Origin: Dehalococcoidia bacterium
GTDB taxonomy: Bacteria > Chloroflexota > Dehalococcoidia > Plut-88900
Assembly (NCBI GenBank): GCA_965197645.1
Contig: OZ240219.1
Coordinates: 1,472,001 to 1,536,000, forward strand
Length of the DNA stretch: 64,000 nucleotides
Reading direction: 5' to 3'
Below are positions 1-10,733 of this stretch, one piece after another. A model generated the notes under the pieces. It was not told the DNA's origin and made no database searches. It saw nothing but the letters and a program-made list of their open reading frames with translations. The position numbers were made by a program, and so were the translations under genes. Each line of letters starts with the position of its first letter. The first letter of the stretch is position 1.

Positions 1-252
1 GTCCACGGAGCCATGCCCAATGTCAGCGATGACCTGAGGTGGAGCTTCGATCTACGCTACAACCCCACGGGCCAGGACACGGGCCGGCCATGGTTCCCTG
101 GCTTCGTGGCGAGGAGCCGGGCCAACCCCGACTCTAAGCTGAAGGACGCGGTGGTATGGGCGGAGATGTGGAGAGAGGCCCGGTCCCAGCTGGCACGAAT
201 GGAAGCCCCCAGGTTCAACCGGTGGGACCCCAACGATCCGATGTGCGCTTGA
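1..252 (+). CDS. Phytanoyl-CoA dioxygenase (PhyH)-family Fe(II)/2OG dioxygenase, C-terminal part (truncated by window edge)
   Basis: Frame is open from base 1: VHGAMPNVSDDLRWSFDLRY fits the H-x-S/A-x-x-N-x-S-x-x-x-R distal His/Arg motif of the PhyH family. Confidence 0.7.
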   Translation, partial: VHGAMPNVSDDLRWSFDLRYNPTGQDTGRPWFPGFVARSRANPDSKLKDAVVWAEMWREARSQLARMEAPRFNRWDPNDPMCA

Positions 253-422
253 ACCCGACGCAGCTCCTATGCCCTCGGGGAACGTTGCAGCCGGAAGATC
301 GTTGAAACTTGTGACCCGGCTAGGCGATGCACGGCGCCACCTTATCCGGCATTGCCGTCCTGTTGAAGGCTAGAACCATCGAAGCTAGAATAAGGGCCTA
401 ACCTGGAGGAGGGATACCCGCT

Positions 423-1373
423 TTGGCCGATCCCCGCGATATAGCTGAGAAGGTAATTGATAACGTCGAGAAGGTGATCATAGGCAAGAAGGAAGAGGTG
501 ACCCTTGCCCTGATCACCCTCATGTGTCACGGCCACGCTCTCATTGACGATGTGCCCGGTGTGGGCAAGACGATGCTGGCAAGGAGCGTTGCCACGTCGA
601 TAGGGTGCAGCTTCAAGCGCATCCAGTTCACGCCGGACCTTCTGCCCAGCGATATCACCGGCGTTTCTATCTATAATCAGCAAACTACCCAGTTCGAATT
701 CCGCCCCGGGCCCGTCATGGCCCAGGTGGTCCTGGCCGACGAGATAAACAGGGCTACGCCCAAGACCCAGTCGGCGTTGCTGGAGTGCATGGAAGAGCGG
801 CAGATAAGCGTGGACGGGGTCTCCTATAACATGCCGGCCCCCTTCATTGTGCTCGCTACCCAGAACCCGGTGGAGTACGAAGGCACCTTCCCCCTGCCGG
901 AAGCACAGTTGGACCGGTTCATGATGCGAATCAGCCTGGGCTACCCCTCGCCGGACGAGGAGATATCGATAATAGACAGCCAGAGACACGCTCACCCCAT
1001 CGACAAGCTGGAGGCTGTAACCGAGCAGGAAGAGCTGCTGTCGCTGCAGGCCGAGGTCGGCAAGGTCTACGTGGACGAACTGATCAAGAAGTACATCGTC
1101 TCTGTTGTCGAAGCGTCCCGTAATCACCCGGACGTCTACCTGGGGGCCTCTCCCAGAGGGTCCCTGTTCCTGACCAGGACGGCCCAGGCCAAGGCCTTCC
1201 TCGAGGGTCGGGACTTCGTGCTTCCCGACGATGTCAAGACACTGGCGGCCCCGGTGCTGGCCCATCGGGTCATCATCAATCCCACCCTGCGCTCGCAGGA
1301 TGTTACAGGGAACACAGCCATCTCCAACATTCTGGAAACGGTCCCCGTTCCCGGCGTAAAAGTAAGAAGCTAG
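423..1373 (+). CDS. moxR: MoxR-family AAA+ ATPase (copy 1)
   Basis: Walker [50 protein letters not shown]; GGAGGA SD upstream of TTG. Confidence 0.95.
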   Translation: MADPRDIAEKVIDNVEKVIIGKKEEVTLALITLMCHGHALIDDVPGVGKTMLARSVATSIGCSFKRIQFTPDLLPSDITGVSIYNQQTTQFEFRPGPVMAQVVLADEINRATPKTQSALLECMEERQISVDGVSYNMPAPFIVLATQNPVEYEGTFPLPEAQLDRFMMRISLGYPSPDEEISIIDSQRHAHPIDKLEAVTEQEELLSLQAEVGKVYVDELIKKYIVSVVEASRNHPDVYLGASPRGSLFLTRTAQAKAFLEGRDFVLPDDVKTLAAPVLAHRVIINPTLRSQDVTGNTAISNILETVPVPGVKVRS

Positions 1374-1383
1374 GGTCCTTCAA

Positions 1384-2628
1384 ATGAGCGGCCTCAAGCT
1401 TAGGGGGTTCGTGGATTTCTTCACCAGGCTCAAGGTGCTGGTGATCCTGCTGGCCATCATCGCCTTCATGGCGATATCCACCAACTACGGTCTCTACTAT
1501 CGATTGGCGTACGTGTTCGCCCTCCTCCTGGTCTTCAGCTTCATCTGGACGTGGCTGAACGGACGGTGGGTGAAGGTGAACGTGGAACGAAGCGTCAACG
1601 CCATCGGAGTAGGGGGCATGCTGGAGGAGAGGATAACCGTATCGAACCCCTCCAGGTTCTTGCCGGTAGCCTGGATAGAGGTGCGGCAGACTTCGGACAT
1701 GCCGGGTCACCAGCAGGGGATGGTGATCAGCCTGCCCAGAGCCAGCCAGGGGACGTGGAAGCTGAACACCCGGTGCCGCCAGCGGGGCAAGTTCACCCTG
1801 GGACAGCTGAGCGTGATCAGCAGCGATCCGATGGGCCTTTTCAGAGTGTCCCGGGTGCTGGGAGAGCGGTCGGATTTTCTGGTGTACCCGGCCATGGCCG
1901 ATCTTCCCTCCCTGGACATGCCCGTCAGCGATCTTCCCGGCGAAGCTCCCATGCGGCAATTTACCAACGTGGTCACCCCCAGTGCCAGCAGCGTGCGAGA
2001 CTACGCCCCCGGCGACACTTTCAACCAGATCCACTGGAAGTCTACTGCTCGGATGAGCAAGCTGATGGTGAAAGAGTTCGACCTGGAGCAGTCGACCAAG
2101 CTGTGGGTCCTCCTCGATATGCAACAGAACGTGCAGGCGGGGCACGAGGAGGAGAGCACTGAGGAATACGCCGTTACCGCAGCGGCATCGATAGCCCGGA
2201 AGTATCTGAACGCGGGATTGGCTGTGGGACTGATAGCCCACGGAGACCAGGACTGGCTGGTCCAGCCCAACCACGGCACAGGCCAGCTGCCCTTGATCCT
2301 GGAGAGCCTCGCCCTGATTCGGAGCGAAGGGACCCGCAGCCTCAAGGAGGTACTCAACCTAGAGGACCACTGGTTCGACCGCTACTCCAGCGTCTGTATC
2401 CTCACGCCGACCCAGGACGATTCCTGGGTCTACTCGTTGAGGGGGTTGATCCAGCGGAGAGTGAAGACATCGGCGGTGCTGCTAGAGTCGCAGACCTTCG
2501 GCGAAGGCGATGGCATCTTGGACCTGGTCGGCAACCTCGCAGCCCATCGCGTACCCAACTGTGTGGTGCAAAAGGGCGATTCCATAACCGAGGCACTGGA
2601 CTTCGGGCCCAGGACGGGGCAGAGGTAG
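1384..2628 (+). CDS. DUF58 domain protein (vWA-like MoxR partner), copy 1
   Basis: N-terminal TM segments; VRDYAPGD..IHWKSTAR..LMVKEF signature; follows moxR. Confidence 0.9.
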   Translation: MSGLKLRGFVDFFTRLKVLVILLAIIAFMAISTNYGLYYRLAYVFALLLVFSFIWTWLNGRWVKVNVERSVNAIGVGGMLEERITVSNPSRFLPVAWIEVRQTSDMPGHQQGMVISLPRASQGTWKLNTRCRQRGKFTLGQLSVISSDPMGLFRVSRVLGERSDFLVYPAMADLPSLDMPVSDLPGEAPMRQFTNVVTPSASSVRDYAPGDTFNQIHWKSTARMSKLMVKEFDLEQSTKLWVLLDMQQNVQAGHEEESTEEYAVTAAASIARKYLNAGLAVGLIAHGDQDWLVQPNHGTGQLPLILESLALIRSEGTRSLKEVLNLEDHWFDRYSSVCILTPTQDDSWVYSLRGLIQRRVKTSAVLLESQTFGEGDGILDLVGNLAAHRVPNCVVQKGDSITEALDFGPRTGQR

Positions 2629-2634
2629 GATAGG

Positions 2635-5223
2635 GTGGAGGACACAGGAAAGCTCCAGCTCCAGTTCCAAAGTGACGCCACCTTCAAGGAGGTGGGTGAC
2701 GAGTTCGAGGACCCCAGGGACAAGACTCCCTTCCCGTTAGCCATCCGCGAGGGCTGGCTCACCTTTGTCATCCTTCTGTTCCTGCTTTTCTGCGTGGTGT
2801 GGTCCGTCCAGGCCGCGGAATGGGTGGAGGACCTGCCATCGATCATATTGATAGGGTTGTTGGCGGCTTCGGCGGGGTTGGGAGTGTCGAAGATCCGCTT
2901 CAACGGCCTTCCCCTGTTCCTCAGCGGCCTCGTGCTGTGTTTCATCATGGTCCTGTGGCAGACCTGGTCGCTGACCATCGACGAGGGCGTATTCGGCAAA
3001 ACGGCGGATCTCGTCGATCGGTTCAGGATATGGGTCTCCGCCATGCAGACTGGGGGCATCAGCGCCGATCCCGTTCCCTTCGTAACCATAATAGTGACCC
3101 TGACCTGGCTGCTAAGCTTCTATTCGGCCTGGTTCGTTTTTAGAGGACTGGGGTTGTGGCCGGTGATAATACCCACGGCCATCGCGCTTTCCCTGAACCT
3201 CCTCTACCTGCCGCGGGAATATTGGATATGGTTCTACCTGTACATCCTTGCCGGGCTCCTTCTGGCGATGCGGCTGCACCTGGTAAAGAGGCAGCTCAAC
3301 TGGAGCAAGGACAAGCTGCCCTACTTCAAGAGGGCCCATTCATCCTTTCTGATTGCCGCCGCCATACTGGGCTCTCTGGTCATAGTGGTCACCTGGGCTC
3401 TGCCCGGCGTCGACTTCTCGGTGGGCTACCTGAGGAAGAACTGGTCGGTGCTGAGCACGCCTTGGAAATCGATGGAGACGGAGATGGGCAGGGTCCTGTC
3501 CTTCCTGCCCGCCAAGAAGCCGTTCACCATCTATCGTTTCGGCGAGGCGTTCCCCTTCCGGGGGGCCAGCAGCCTGGGACAGCACGTGGCAATGAGGGTC
3601 CAGTCCAACAGGCCCGAGTACTGGAAGGCAGAGACCTTCGACGTGTACACCTCCAAGGGTTGGCTCACAGGCGATAGGGCCGAGTTGGCCGACAGCCTGA
3701 TCCCCGATAACGCACTGTTGACTTACGTATCGACCAACAGGGTAGACCTGGCCGTCAGGCTAGGAGTCGGGACCGACTCGATATACACGGGCGGAGTGCC
3801 GCTCTACAGCACTGTGGAATTCACGCTTGAGGTGGCTCCGCCAATGAGCTTTATCATCGATCTGGACGATCCCTCCGGTGACGAGCTTCTGCCCCAGGAC
3901 CTGAAGGGCGTGGCCGAGTCGTTCCGAGAAGAGGCCAGGCAGGGAACGTTGACCTTCACGGAAGAGGGGTCTCTGAGGCTGCTGCCCAAGGGCAATGAGA
4001 TCATCGACATTGTCCGGGACGGGAATCGGGCATCCAAGATCGAGGTCGCCAGGTCGCCTCCCAATCCGCCCGACATCACGGCCATGAGGCCCGTACAGGA
4101 CCTGGACCCGCGGGAGTCCTACCGAGCGGTCTCCTACACGTCGGCGGCTACGGAAGCGATGCTCAGGTTTGCCGGAACGGACTACCCAAGCTGGGTTACC
4201 GACAGGTATCTGCAGCTCCCCGACGAGCTACCGGACCGGGTAAGGCGGTTGGCCGTCGGTCTGACGCCCGATAGCCACCACCCGACAGCCTACGATAAGG
4301 CGGTCCAAATAGAGTCCTGGCTCCGCAAGCAGATGTTCTACACCACCGATATCGAGCGGGTGCCCGAGGAAGCCGACGGCGTCGACCATTTCCTCTTCAC
4401 CACCAAGCGGGGATACAGCAGCTACTACGGCTCCGCTATGACGGTCATGCTGCGGGCCGTTGGGATACCCGCCCGGCTGGCGGTGGGCTACTCCACGGGT
4501 GAATGGGACGAGGCCCAGCAGATTTACGTGGTGAGGAGCGCCAACGCCCACGCCTGGCCCGAGGTGTATTTCCCCACCTTCGGTTGGATATCCTTCGAAC
4601 CGGTTCCCATTTATGCCCCTATTGTCAGGGGCGGGATCATACAGGACCGGTTCTTCACCGACACCGCCGGGGGCGGTCCGGGAGGCCCCATACGGAACCC
4701 AGCCCAGCTCCAGGGCGCCGACCCGCCTGTACTGCCCAGAAACGTGGATCTGCCCGAAGAGGCCAGTATGTTCGTTTGGCTGGTGCCCGCTATCTTGGGC
4801 GGCATGGTGATAGTGATCGCCGGGGTATGGTACTGGTATAACCGTGGCCTGCGTCGGATCGGGTACCCTTCCCGCGTCTACGGCAAGATGGCCAGGTTGG
4901 CGGCCATCGGCGGCTATGGGCCCAGACCGTACCAGACACCCATAGAGTACGGCTACGCCCTGGCCACGGAGATGGATGTTATCGAGGGGCACGTCGAGAG
5001 AATCTCCGAGGCTTACGCGCACACCAAGTACCGCTCTCCCGATTCCCGCGCGTTCATGAAAGCGCCCTCCCGGCCCATAGACCCCGCCGAGGACCCCGAG
5101 TCGATTAAAGAGGTGGCCGTCGATGACAGGGAGACTTTGGGACAGGCCTGGCGCTCGCTGAGGCGGCCGCTGCTGTGGTGGTCACTGAAGAAAAAGCTGG
5201 CCTTCTGGAGAGTCGGCTGGTGA
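2635..5223 (+). CDS. Multi-pass membrane transglutaminase-like protein (TgpA-like, probable C-terminal DUF4129)
   Basis: About 8 N-terminal TM helices, YWKAETFDVY, GYSSYYGSAMTVMLRAVGIPARLAVGY, AHAWPEVYFPTFGWISFEP, then QTPIEY; canonical Cys is Ser. Confidence 0.88.
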   Translation: MEDTGKLQLQFQSDATFKEVGDEFEDPRDKTPFPLAIREGWLTFVILLFLLFCVVWSVQAAEWVEDLPSIILIGLLAASAGLGVSKIRFNGLPLFLSGLVLCFIMVLWQTWSLTIDEGVFGKTADLVDRFRIWVSAMQTGGISADPVPFVTIIVTLTWLLSFYSAWFVFRGLGLWPVIIPTAIALSLNLLYLPREYWIWFYLYILAGLLLAMRLHLVKRQLNWSKDKLPYFKRAHSSFLIAAAILGSLVIVVTWALPGVDFSVGYLRKNWSVLSTPWKSMETEMGRVLSFLPAKKPFTIYRFGEAFPFRGASSLGQHVAMRVQSNRPEYWKAETFDVYTSKGWLTGDRAELADSLIPDNALLTYVSTNRVDLAVRLGVGTDSIYTGGVPLYSTVEFTLEVAPPMSFIIDLDDPSGDELLPQDLKGVAESFREEARQGTLTFTEEGSLRLLPKGNEIIDIVRDGNRASKIEVARSPPNPPDITAMRPVQDLDPRESYRAVSYTSAATEAMLRFAGTDYPSWVTDRYLQLPDELPDRVRRLAVGLTPDSHHPTAYDKAVQIESWLRKQMFYTTDIERVPEEADGVDHFLFTTKRGYSSYYGSAMTVMLRAVGIPARLAVGYSTGEWDEAQQIYVVRSANAHAWPEVYFPTFGWISFEPVPIYAPIVRGGIIQDRFFTDTAGGGPGGPIRNPAQLQGADPPVLPRNVDLPEEASMFVWLVPAILGGMVIVIAGVWYWYNRGLRRIGYPSRVYGKMARLAAIGGYGPRPYQTPIEYGYALATEMDVIEGHVERISEAYAHTKYRSPDSRAFMKAPSRPIDPAEDPESIKEVAVDDRETLGQAWRSLRRPLLWWSLKKKLAFWRVGW

Positions 5224-5711
5224 ACTACACGGTGTTCAGGACCAGCCTGGGATGGATAGGTGTGGTGGGTTCCGAGAAGGGCCTGAAACGGATGACTACT
5301 CCCGTCTTCACCCCCGAGCAGGCCATGCGAGACCTTGAAGACTTCCTGGAGGACGCCGAGCAGGACGATGAGTTCTTCGGCGACCTGCCGGATAGAGTTT
5401 CCCGGCTGTTCCGGGGTGAGAAGGTGGAGTTCCACGAGGAGCTGGACCTGGAAGGCGCAACGCCTTTCAAACGGGCGGTCTGGGAGGCGACCCGGTCGAT
5501 TCCGATGGGGGAGACGAGGAGCTACGGAGATATCGCGATGCAGGTGGGCCGGCCCGCGGGCGCCAGGGCGGTTGGACAGGCGATGGCATCCAGTCCCGTG
5601 TCAATCGTGATTCCCTGCCACCGCGTGATAGCCTCCGATGGAGGGCTGGGGGGATATGGGGATCGCCTCGAAACGAAAAGACGGATGCTGGAGGCGGAAG
5701 GGGCGATCTAG
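5220..5711 (+). CDS. ogt: Methylated-DNA--protein-cysteine S-methyltransferase
   Basis: IPMGETRSY, ARAVGQAMA, active site IPCHRV, GGY; GTG start overlaps the upstream TGA (GTGA). Confidence 0.93.
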   Translation: MNYTVFRTSLGWIGVVGSEKGLKRMTTPVFTPEQAMRDLEDFLEDAEQDDEFFGDLPDRVSRLFRGEKVEFHEELDLEGATPFKRAVWEATRSIPMGETRSYGDIAMQVGRPAGARAVGQAMASSPVSIVIPCHRVIASDGGLGGYGDRLETKRRMLEAEGAI

Positions 5712-5717
5712 CCCGGC

Positions 5718-5945
5718 CTAGCTTTCCTCGGCATCCTCCGCCTCTTTCCCGCTGTCCAACACGGCCCTGGCTTCTTCGATCCTGTCCTCCAAGACCAGGA
5801 GACGGCACGGGTGGGCCGAGACTCCGAAGAAGGAAGGGGCGTCTTCCGGCCGGACTATGGCGGGAATCCCGTTGTTCTCCAGCAACGTTCTCCACATCTC
5901 AGCGGCGAGCTGGTTGGGCGCCGTGACCAGTAGCGCCCACCTCAT
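5718..5945 (-). CDS. DUF2007-like small protein
   Basis: AEMWRTLLENNGIPAIV...RLLVLEDRIEEARAVL pattern; ATGA overlap with the dnaE stop. Confidence 0.7.
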   Translation of the reverse strand: MRWALLVTAPNQLAAEMWRTLLENNGIPAIVRPEDAPSFFGVSAHPCRLLVLEDRIEEARAVLDSGKEAEDAEES

Positions 5946-8900
5946 TGGACGGTGGGCCCCAGCGATATCGCGTCCTCGGAGAGCATGTTGACCAGAAGCT
6001 TATGGAAGGGTGGGTCGTAGGATATTCCGGCGTCGGGCATCTGGAGCCTGGTCGTCGTGCCCTGCTCCACTATCTCCAAGGTAACCCGGTCGTTTCCAGG
6101 GTGGCCCCGGAGCAGGGATATCACCCTCCGAACGGTCTCTACGTCGGCCGGCTCGTCGCCGGTAGCCTTGATTCTCACGGTAACCGTGCGGGGGGAATCA
6201 GCCGGAGCGGCTTCGGTCTCCGATGGGGTTTCTGGGACCGTTTCGGGTTGAACGTCAACATCCGGCGCGGGGCTGGGGAATGAGTCGGCAGGTTCTTCCG
6301 CAACTGAGACCTCCGGCGGGGGGAGAGGTACGTCTCCGTTGGAAGGCGGTATCAGAGGCTTTTCGGGGAGGGGATGAACCGGCTCGGGCTCACTCTCGGA
6401 TTCCTCCTCGTCGGCGGGAGGAAGGTAGACCTCTACCGAATCGCTGTAGACGGATATCTCGTCTTCATCCCGGCCCGATTTCACCTTGCCTTTGATGATT
6501 AGAAGCTGACCCTCGGCCCAAAGACCTTCCGTCCGGCTGTACACGTCGGGCCAGGCGATAACCTCGGCGTTGCCGCTTATGTCGCTCAAGACGGCCTTGG
6601 CGAACATCTCGTTTTTCCTGGTCATTATGGTCCGGATCGAGGTCACCTCACCGACCACGGTCACCCGCTTGTTTCTGATCTCGGGGGTAACGTCGTTGCA
6701 CAGGGTCACGGTGCTGGTATCGACTTTTCGGAGGGCCACTCTGGTACGGCTTTCGGATAACGGGGTGCCCAGCAGCTCCTTCTCCCAGGCCTCCTTCTCC
6801 GCGCCGGTAACGGGCGATTTCTCCAGCTCCAGGGAGGGCACCGGTATGGGCACGCTATCGCCCAGCATGTCGAACATGGTGGCCTGCCCCGAGCCCTTGA
6901 GGTCCCACTCCCGCTGGGACGCCGATAGTATCCGGTCGACGCCGCCCAGGAGCGCCCCTCTGTCCTCCAGCGAGTCCAGGGCGCCCACCTTGACCAGGCT
7001 CTCCAACGCTCGCTTGTTGAGGTTGCGGAGGTCCGCCTTGCGACACAGGTCTTCGATGGACTCGAAGGGGCCTTCACTGTCCCGGACTTCGAGGACCGGG
7101 GCCACCGCTCCGGCGCCCACGTTTTTGACCGCTGAGAGACCGAAGCGGATGGCGGGACTCTCAGTCTCGCCTGCGTCTATAATGAAGCCGATCCCGGAAT
7201 GGTTAATGTCGGGGCCCAGGACCGGAATGCCCAACCGCTGGCATTCGGCCACAGCAGAGGCGGTCTTATCGGACTGACCCAGATTGCAGCTCAACAGGGC
7301 GGTCATGAACTCGGCGGGACGGTTGGCCTTCAGGTACGCGGTCCAGTAGGCAATCATAGCGTAGCTGACGCTGTGGGCCTTGTTGAAAGCGTATCCGGCG
7401 AAAGGCTCGATCAGGTTGAACATCTCCTTCGCCGACTCCTCGGTGAAACCCTTGCCTGTGGCCCCTCTCATGAAGTTGTCCCGCTCTTCTCGCATCAGCG
7501 AGGCGATCTTCTTGCCCATGGCCTTCCGCACTATGTCGGCCTGGCCCAGGCTGTATCCGGCGAAAGTCTGGAGGATATGGAGCACCTGGTCCTGGTAGAC
7601 GATGACGCCGTAGGTCTCTCTGAGGATATCCTTCAAGACGGGGTCTGGGTACTGCGGCTCTTTGCCGTGCTTCGCCTGGATGAAGGTGGAGATATGCTCC
7701 ATCGGCCCCGGACGATAGAGGGCTATCATGGCCGAAACGTCGTTGACGGAGTTGGGCTTGAGCTCCTTGATGTGGCGCCGCATGCCGGCGCTTTCCAGCT
7801 GAAAGATGCCCGTGGTCTCGCCGGTGGAGAGCAGATCGAAAGTGGCCTTGTCGTCGAGGGGGATGTCCTGAAGCTCGGTCCTGACGCCGCTGGTCTGGGC
7901 CATGAACTCCAGTGCCTTGCCCAGTATGGTCAGGTTGATTAGCCCCAGGAAGTCCATCTTGAGCAGCCCGAGCTTGGCGATGGGCTCCATGGCGAACTGA
8001 GTGACCGCGATATCGTTGCCATCTCCCTTGGAGGCCCGCTGCAGGGGAACGTAGTCCGTCAGCGGTTCCTGGGAGATGACGACTCCGGCGGCGTGGGTGC
8101 TGGCGTGTCGAGCTACGCCCTCCAGCTTCTGGGCCTTATCGATCAGGTCCCGATAGGGCGGGTCCTTGGCGTAGGTATCGCTGAGCTCGACGCTGTTGTC
8201 CAGTGCTTCGCTGATAGTCTTGGCGCCGAAGGGTACCATGCGGGCCACCCGATCGACGTCCGGGTAGGGCAGACCCAGCGCCCGGCCTACGTCCCTCAGT
8301 GATCCCCTCGCTCCCAGGGTGCCGAAGGTGACGATCTGGGCAACATGGTCGTAGCCGTACTTTTGCGTGACGTACTTGATCACCTCGTCTCGGCGGTCGT
8401 CCTGGAAGTCCAGGTCAATATCGGGCATCTCCTTTCGCTCGATGTTGAGGAACCGTTCGAACACCAGCCGGTACTCCATGGGGTCTACGTCGGTGACGCC
8501 CAGGCAGTAGAGGACCAGGCTGGCGGCGGCGCTGCCCCGGACCCCGAATAGTATCTCGCTCTTTCGCGTGAACTCTATGATGTCCCGGACCACCAGGAAG
8601 TAGTTGGCAAACTGGGTTGTACGGATGACATCGAGCTCATAGGCCAGCCGCCGATGGACGTCTTCGCCGGCATCGGGATAGCGCCATCTCAGTCCCTCCC
8701 TGCACACCTCCTCAAGATACTCGTCGGCGTCCTCCCCGTTGGGGGTCTGGTAGAGGGGGAGGCGGAGCTTGTTGAACTCCATGCTGATGTCGCACGCATC
8801 GGCAATTTTCATCGTGTTGCTGACGGCGTCGGGCATCTCGGAGAACAGGTCGGACATCTCCTGGGGACTCTTCAGATAAAGGGAGTCATCGGACATCTTG

Positions 8901-9631
8901 AGGGTGCGATTGTTGTCGTTGACCGTGGTATTGGTCTGGATGCAGAGGAGTAGGTCCTGGATGCTTGCGTCTTCCCGGTGGATGTAGTGGACGTCGTTGG
9001 TGGCCACCAGCGGGATGTCCAGCTCCCTGGCTATCGGCCCCAGCCCCTTGTTTATCTCGGTCAGGATGTCCAGGTTCTCGTGCTCCTGGATCTCAAGGAA
9101 GTAATTGCTATCGAAAACCTCCCGGTACCACTTGATCGTCTCGATAGCCTCGTCAACCTGGCCCCCGGAAATCAGCCGGGGTACCTCGGCAGTGGGGCAC
9201 CCGGAGAGGACGATCAGCCCTTCGTGGTGCTGCTCCAGGAGCTCCCTATCGATCCTCGGCTTGTAGTAGAAACCCTCCAGGTGGGCCTTGGTGATGAGCT
9301 GGATAAGGTTGCTGTAGCCGGTCTGGTTCTTGGCCAGAAGAGTGAGATGGTAAGGGCTCTTGTCGCTGGACTCCCTGGAGGTACGGCTGCCCGATGCGAC
9401 GTAGGTCTCGCAGCCGATGATCGGTTTGACGCCGGCGTTCTTGGCGGCCGAATAGAAGTCGACGGCGCTGTATAGAGCGCCGTGATCGGTGACGGCGATG
9501 CTCTCCATCCCCAGCTGCTTGGCCCGCTCCATCAACGGGTCAATACGACATAGCCCGTCCAGGAGGCTGTACTCGGTATGTAGGTGGAGGTGTGTGTACA
9601 AGGGCCGAAAAGGTTGGAGATTCGTTGTCAT
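5942..9631 (-). CDS. dnaE: DNA polymerase III alpha subunit
   Basis: PHP motif HLHLHTEYSLLDG, RGSAA, PDIDLDF catalytic Asp motif, GLLKMDFLGL, YAFNKAHS, OB fold; Pro/Glu-rich linker near C-terminus. Confidence 0.98.
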   Translation of the reverse strand: MTTNLQPFRPLYTHLHLHTEYSLLDGLCRIDPLMERAKQLGMESIAVTDHGALYSAVDFYSAAKNAGVKPIIGCETYVASGSRTSRESSDKSPYHLTLLAKNQTGYSNLIQLITKAHLEGFYYKPRIDRELLEQHHEGLIVLSGCPTAEVPRLISGGQVDEAIETIKWYREVFDSNYFLEIQEHENLDILTEINKGLGPIARELDIPLVATNDVHYIHREDASIQDLLLCIQTNTTVNDNNRTLKMSDDSLYLKSPQEMSDLFSEMPDAVSNTMKIADACDISMEFNKLRLPLYQTPNGEDADEYLEEVCREGLRWRYPDAGEDVHRRLAYELDVIRTTQFANYFLVVRDIIEFTRKSEILFGVRGSAAASLVLYCLGVTDVDPMEYRLVFERFLNIERKEMPDIDLDFQDDRRDEVIKYVTQKYGYDHVAQIVTFGTLGARGSLRDVGRALGLPYPDVDRVARMVPFGAKTISEALDNSVELSDTYAKDPPYRDLIDKAQKLEGVARHASTHAAGVVISQEPLTDYVPLQRASKGDGNDIAVTQFAMEPIAKLGLLKMDFLGLINLTILGKALEFMAQTSGVRTELQDIPLDDKATFDLLSTGETTGIFQLESAGMRRHIKELKPNSVNDVSAMIALYRPGPMEHISTFIQAKHGKEPQYPDPVLKDILRETYGVIVYQDQVLHILQTFAGYSLGQADIVRKAMGKKIASLMREERDNFMRGATGKGFTEESAKEMFNLIEPFAGYAFNKAHSVSYAMIAYWTAYLKANRPAEFMTALLSCNLGQSDKTASAVAECQRLGIPVLGPDINHSGIGFIIDAGETESPAIRFGLSAVKNVGAGAVAPVLEVRDSEGPFESIEDLCRKADLRNLNKRALESLVKVGALDSLEDRGALLGGVDRILSASQREWDLKGSGQATMFDMLGDSVPIPVPSLELEKSPVTGAEKEAWEKELLGTPLSESRTRVALRKVDTSTVTLCNDVTPEIRNKRVTVVGEVTSIRTIMTRKNEMFAKAVLSDISGNAEVIAWPDVYSRTEGLWAEGQLLIIKGKVKSGRDEDEISVYSDSVEVYLPPADEEESESEPEPVHPLPEKPLIPPSNGDVPLPPPEVSVAEEPADSFPSPAPDVDVQPETVPETPSETEAAPADSPRTVTVRIKATGDEPADVETVRRVISLLRGHPGNDRVTLEIVEQGTTTRLQMPDAGISYDPPFHKLLVNMLSEDAISLGPTVQ

Positions 9632-9762
9632 TATAGCACTCGATATCTCGCACCCTTTCTCGGATTAATTGCGTTTTTCGAGCGCTTTTCAATGCGTCCG
9701 GTTCGTTGACACTCCCATAGCACTCTGCGAACATTGAACCAGCTACGAATGTGAGGAGTGCC

Positions 9763-10704
9763 TTGATTCTGGTTACCGGGTCCACGGGATACGTGGGCCG
9801 CCGCATAGTACAGAGGCTGGTGGAGGAAGGACAACCGGTGCGATGCCTTGTGCGGTCCACGTCGGACCGGACGGTCGTCGAGGGTCTGGGCGTTGAAACC
9901 CGGCAAGGAGACGTGACCGACCTCCCCTCTCTGAAGTCAGCCTGCGAAGGCGTGGACTCGGTGGTACATACGGTTGCCATCATCCGAGAGCGTGGCAAGG
10001 CCACCTTCGATGCTGTCAATCATATGGGCACTCGTAACGTGGCGGAGGCGGCCCGGGAGGCGGGCGTCGGCCGGCTGGTCCACCTGAGCGCCATCGGCGC
10101 CGGGCCGGACACCCGTTACCCCTATCTCTACTCCAAGTGGCAGGCCGAGGAGGCCGTACGTGAGAGCCAAGTCCCCCACGTCATATTGCGGTACTCCATC
10201 ATCTTTGGACCGGGCGACGAGTTCATCAACGCGCTGGCGGCTGTCGTGAAACTGGCGCCGGTCACGCCTATAATCGGGTCTGGGAAGACCGCTTTCCAAC
10301 CGATTCACGTGGAAGACGCCGCTCGATGCGCTAGCCTGGCATTGAGAGATGAGGGTCTGCTGGGCGAGGTCCTAGAGGTCGGGGGGCCGGACCGGCTCAG
10401 CTACCGGCAGATAGTAGACGCTATAATCAGTTCACTGGGAGTCCGGCGAATCAAGGCTCGGGTGCCGGTAAATCTGATGAAGCTGGCGGCGCCCCTCCTT
10501 GGTGTAGTCGTCCCCCACCCTCCCATTACGCCGACCCAGCTGGCGATGATAGGGCTGGACAACGTCGCCGAGCCGGACTCGGTAGAACGGCATTTCGGAT
10601 TCACGTCCCGGCATCTGGAGGGCAACATCGAGTACATAGTAGAAATAGGATGGCGGGAGGCGGCGGCCATCTCCCTGGGACTGAGGTCGGCCAGACGATG
10701 GTAG
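9763..10704 (+). CDS. NAD(P)-binding epimerase/dehydratase (NDUFA9-like atypical SDR)
   Basis: ILVTGSTGYVG Rossmann motif, YLYSK (YxxxK), FQPIHVED; GAGGAG SD before TTG at 9763 (ORF track starts at 9751). Confidence 0.85.
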   Translation: MILVTGSTGYVGRRIVQRLVEEGQPVRCLVRSTSDRTVVEGLGVETRQGDVTDLPSLKSACEGVDSVVHTVAIIRERGKATFDAVNHMGTRNVAEAAREAGVGRLVHLSAIGAGPDTRYPYLYSKWQAEEAVRESQVPHVILRYSIIFGPGDEFINALAAVVKLAPVTPIIGSGKTAFQPIHVEDAARCASLALRDEGLLGEVLEVGGPDRLSYRQIVDAIISSLGVRRIKARVPVNLMKLAAPLLGVVVPHPPITPTQLAMIGLDNVAEPDSVERHFGFTSRHLEGNIEYIVEIGWREAAAISLGLRSARRW

Positions 10705-10733
10705 CAACCTCTTATACTTAGTAGATTAGCTAC

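Noticed and set aside
5942-6450. Possible intein or insertion in dnaE
   Set aside because: The extra sequence is a Pro/Glu-rich low-complexity linker without intein splice motifs.
9633-9730. TAGCACTC CIRCE half-sites in the dnaE/epimerase intergenic region
   Set aside because: No matching GAGTGCTA half at 9-nt spacing.
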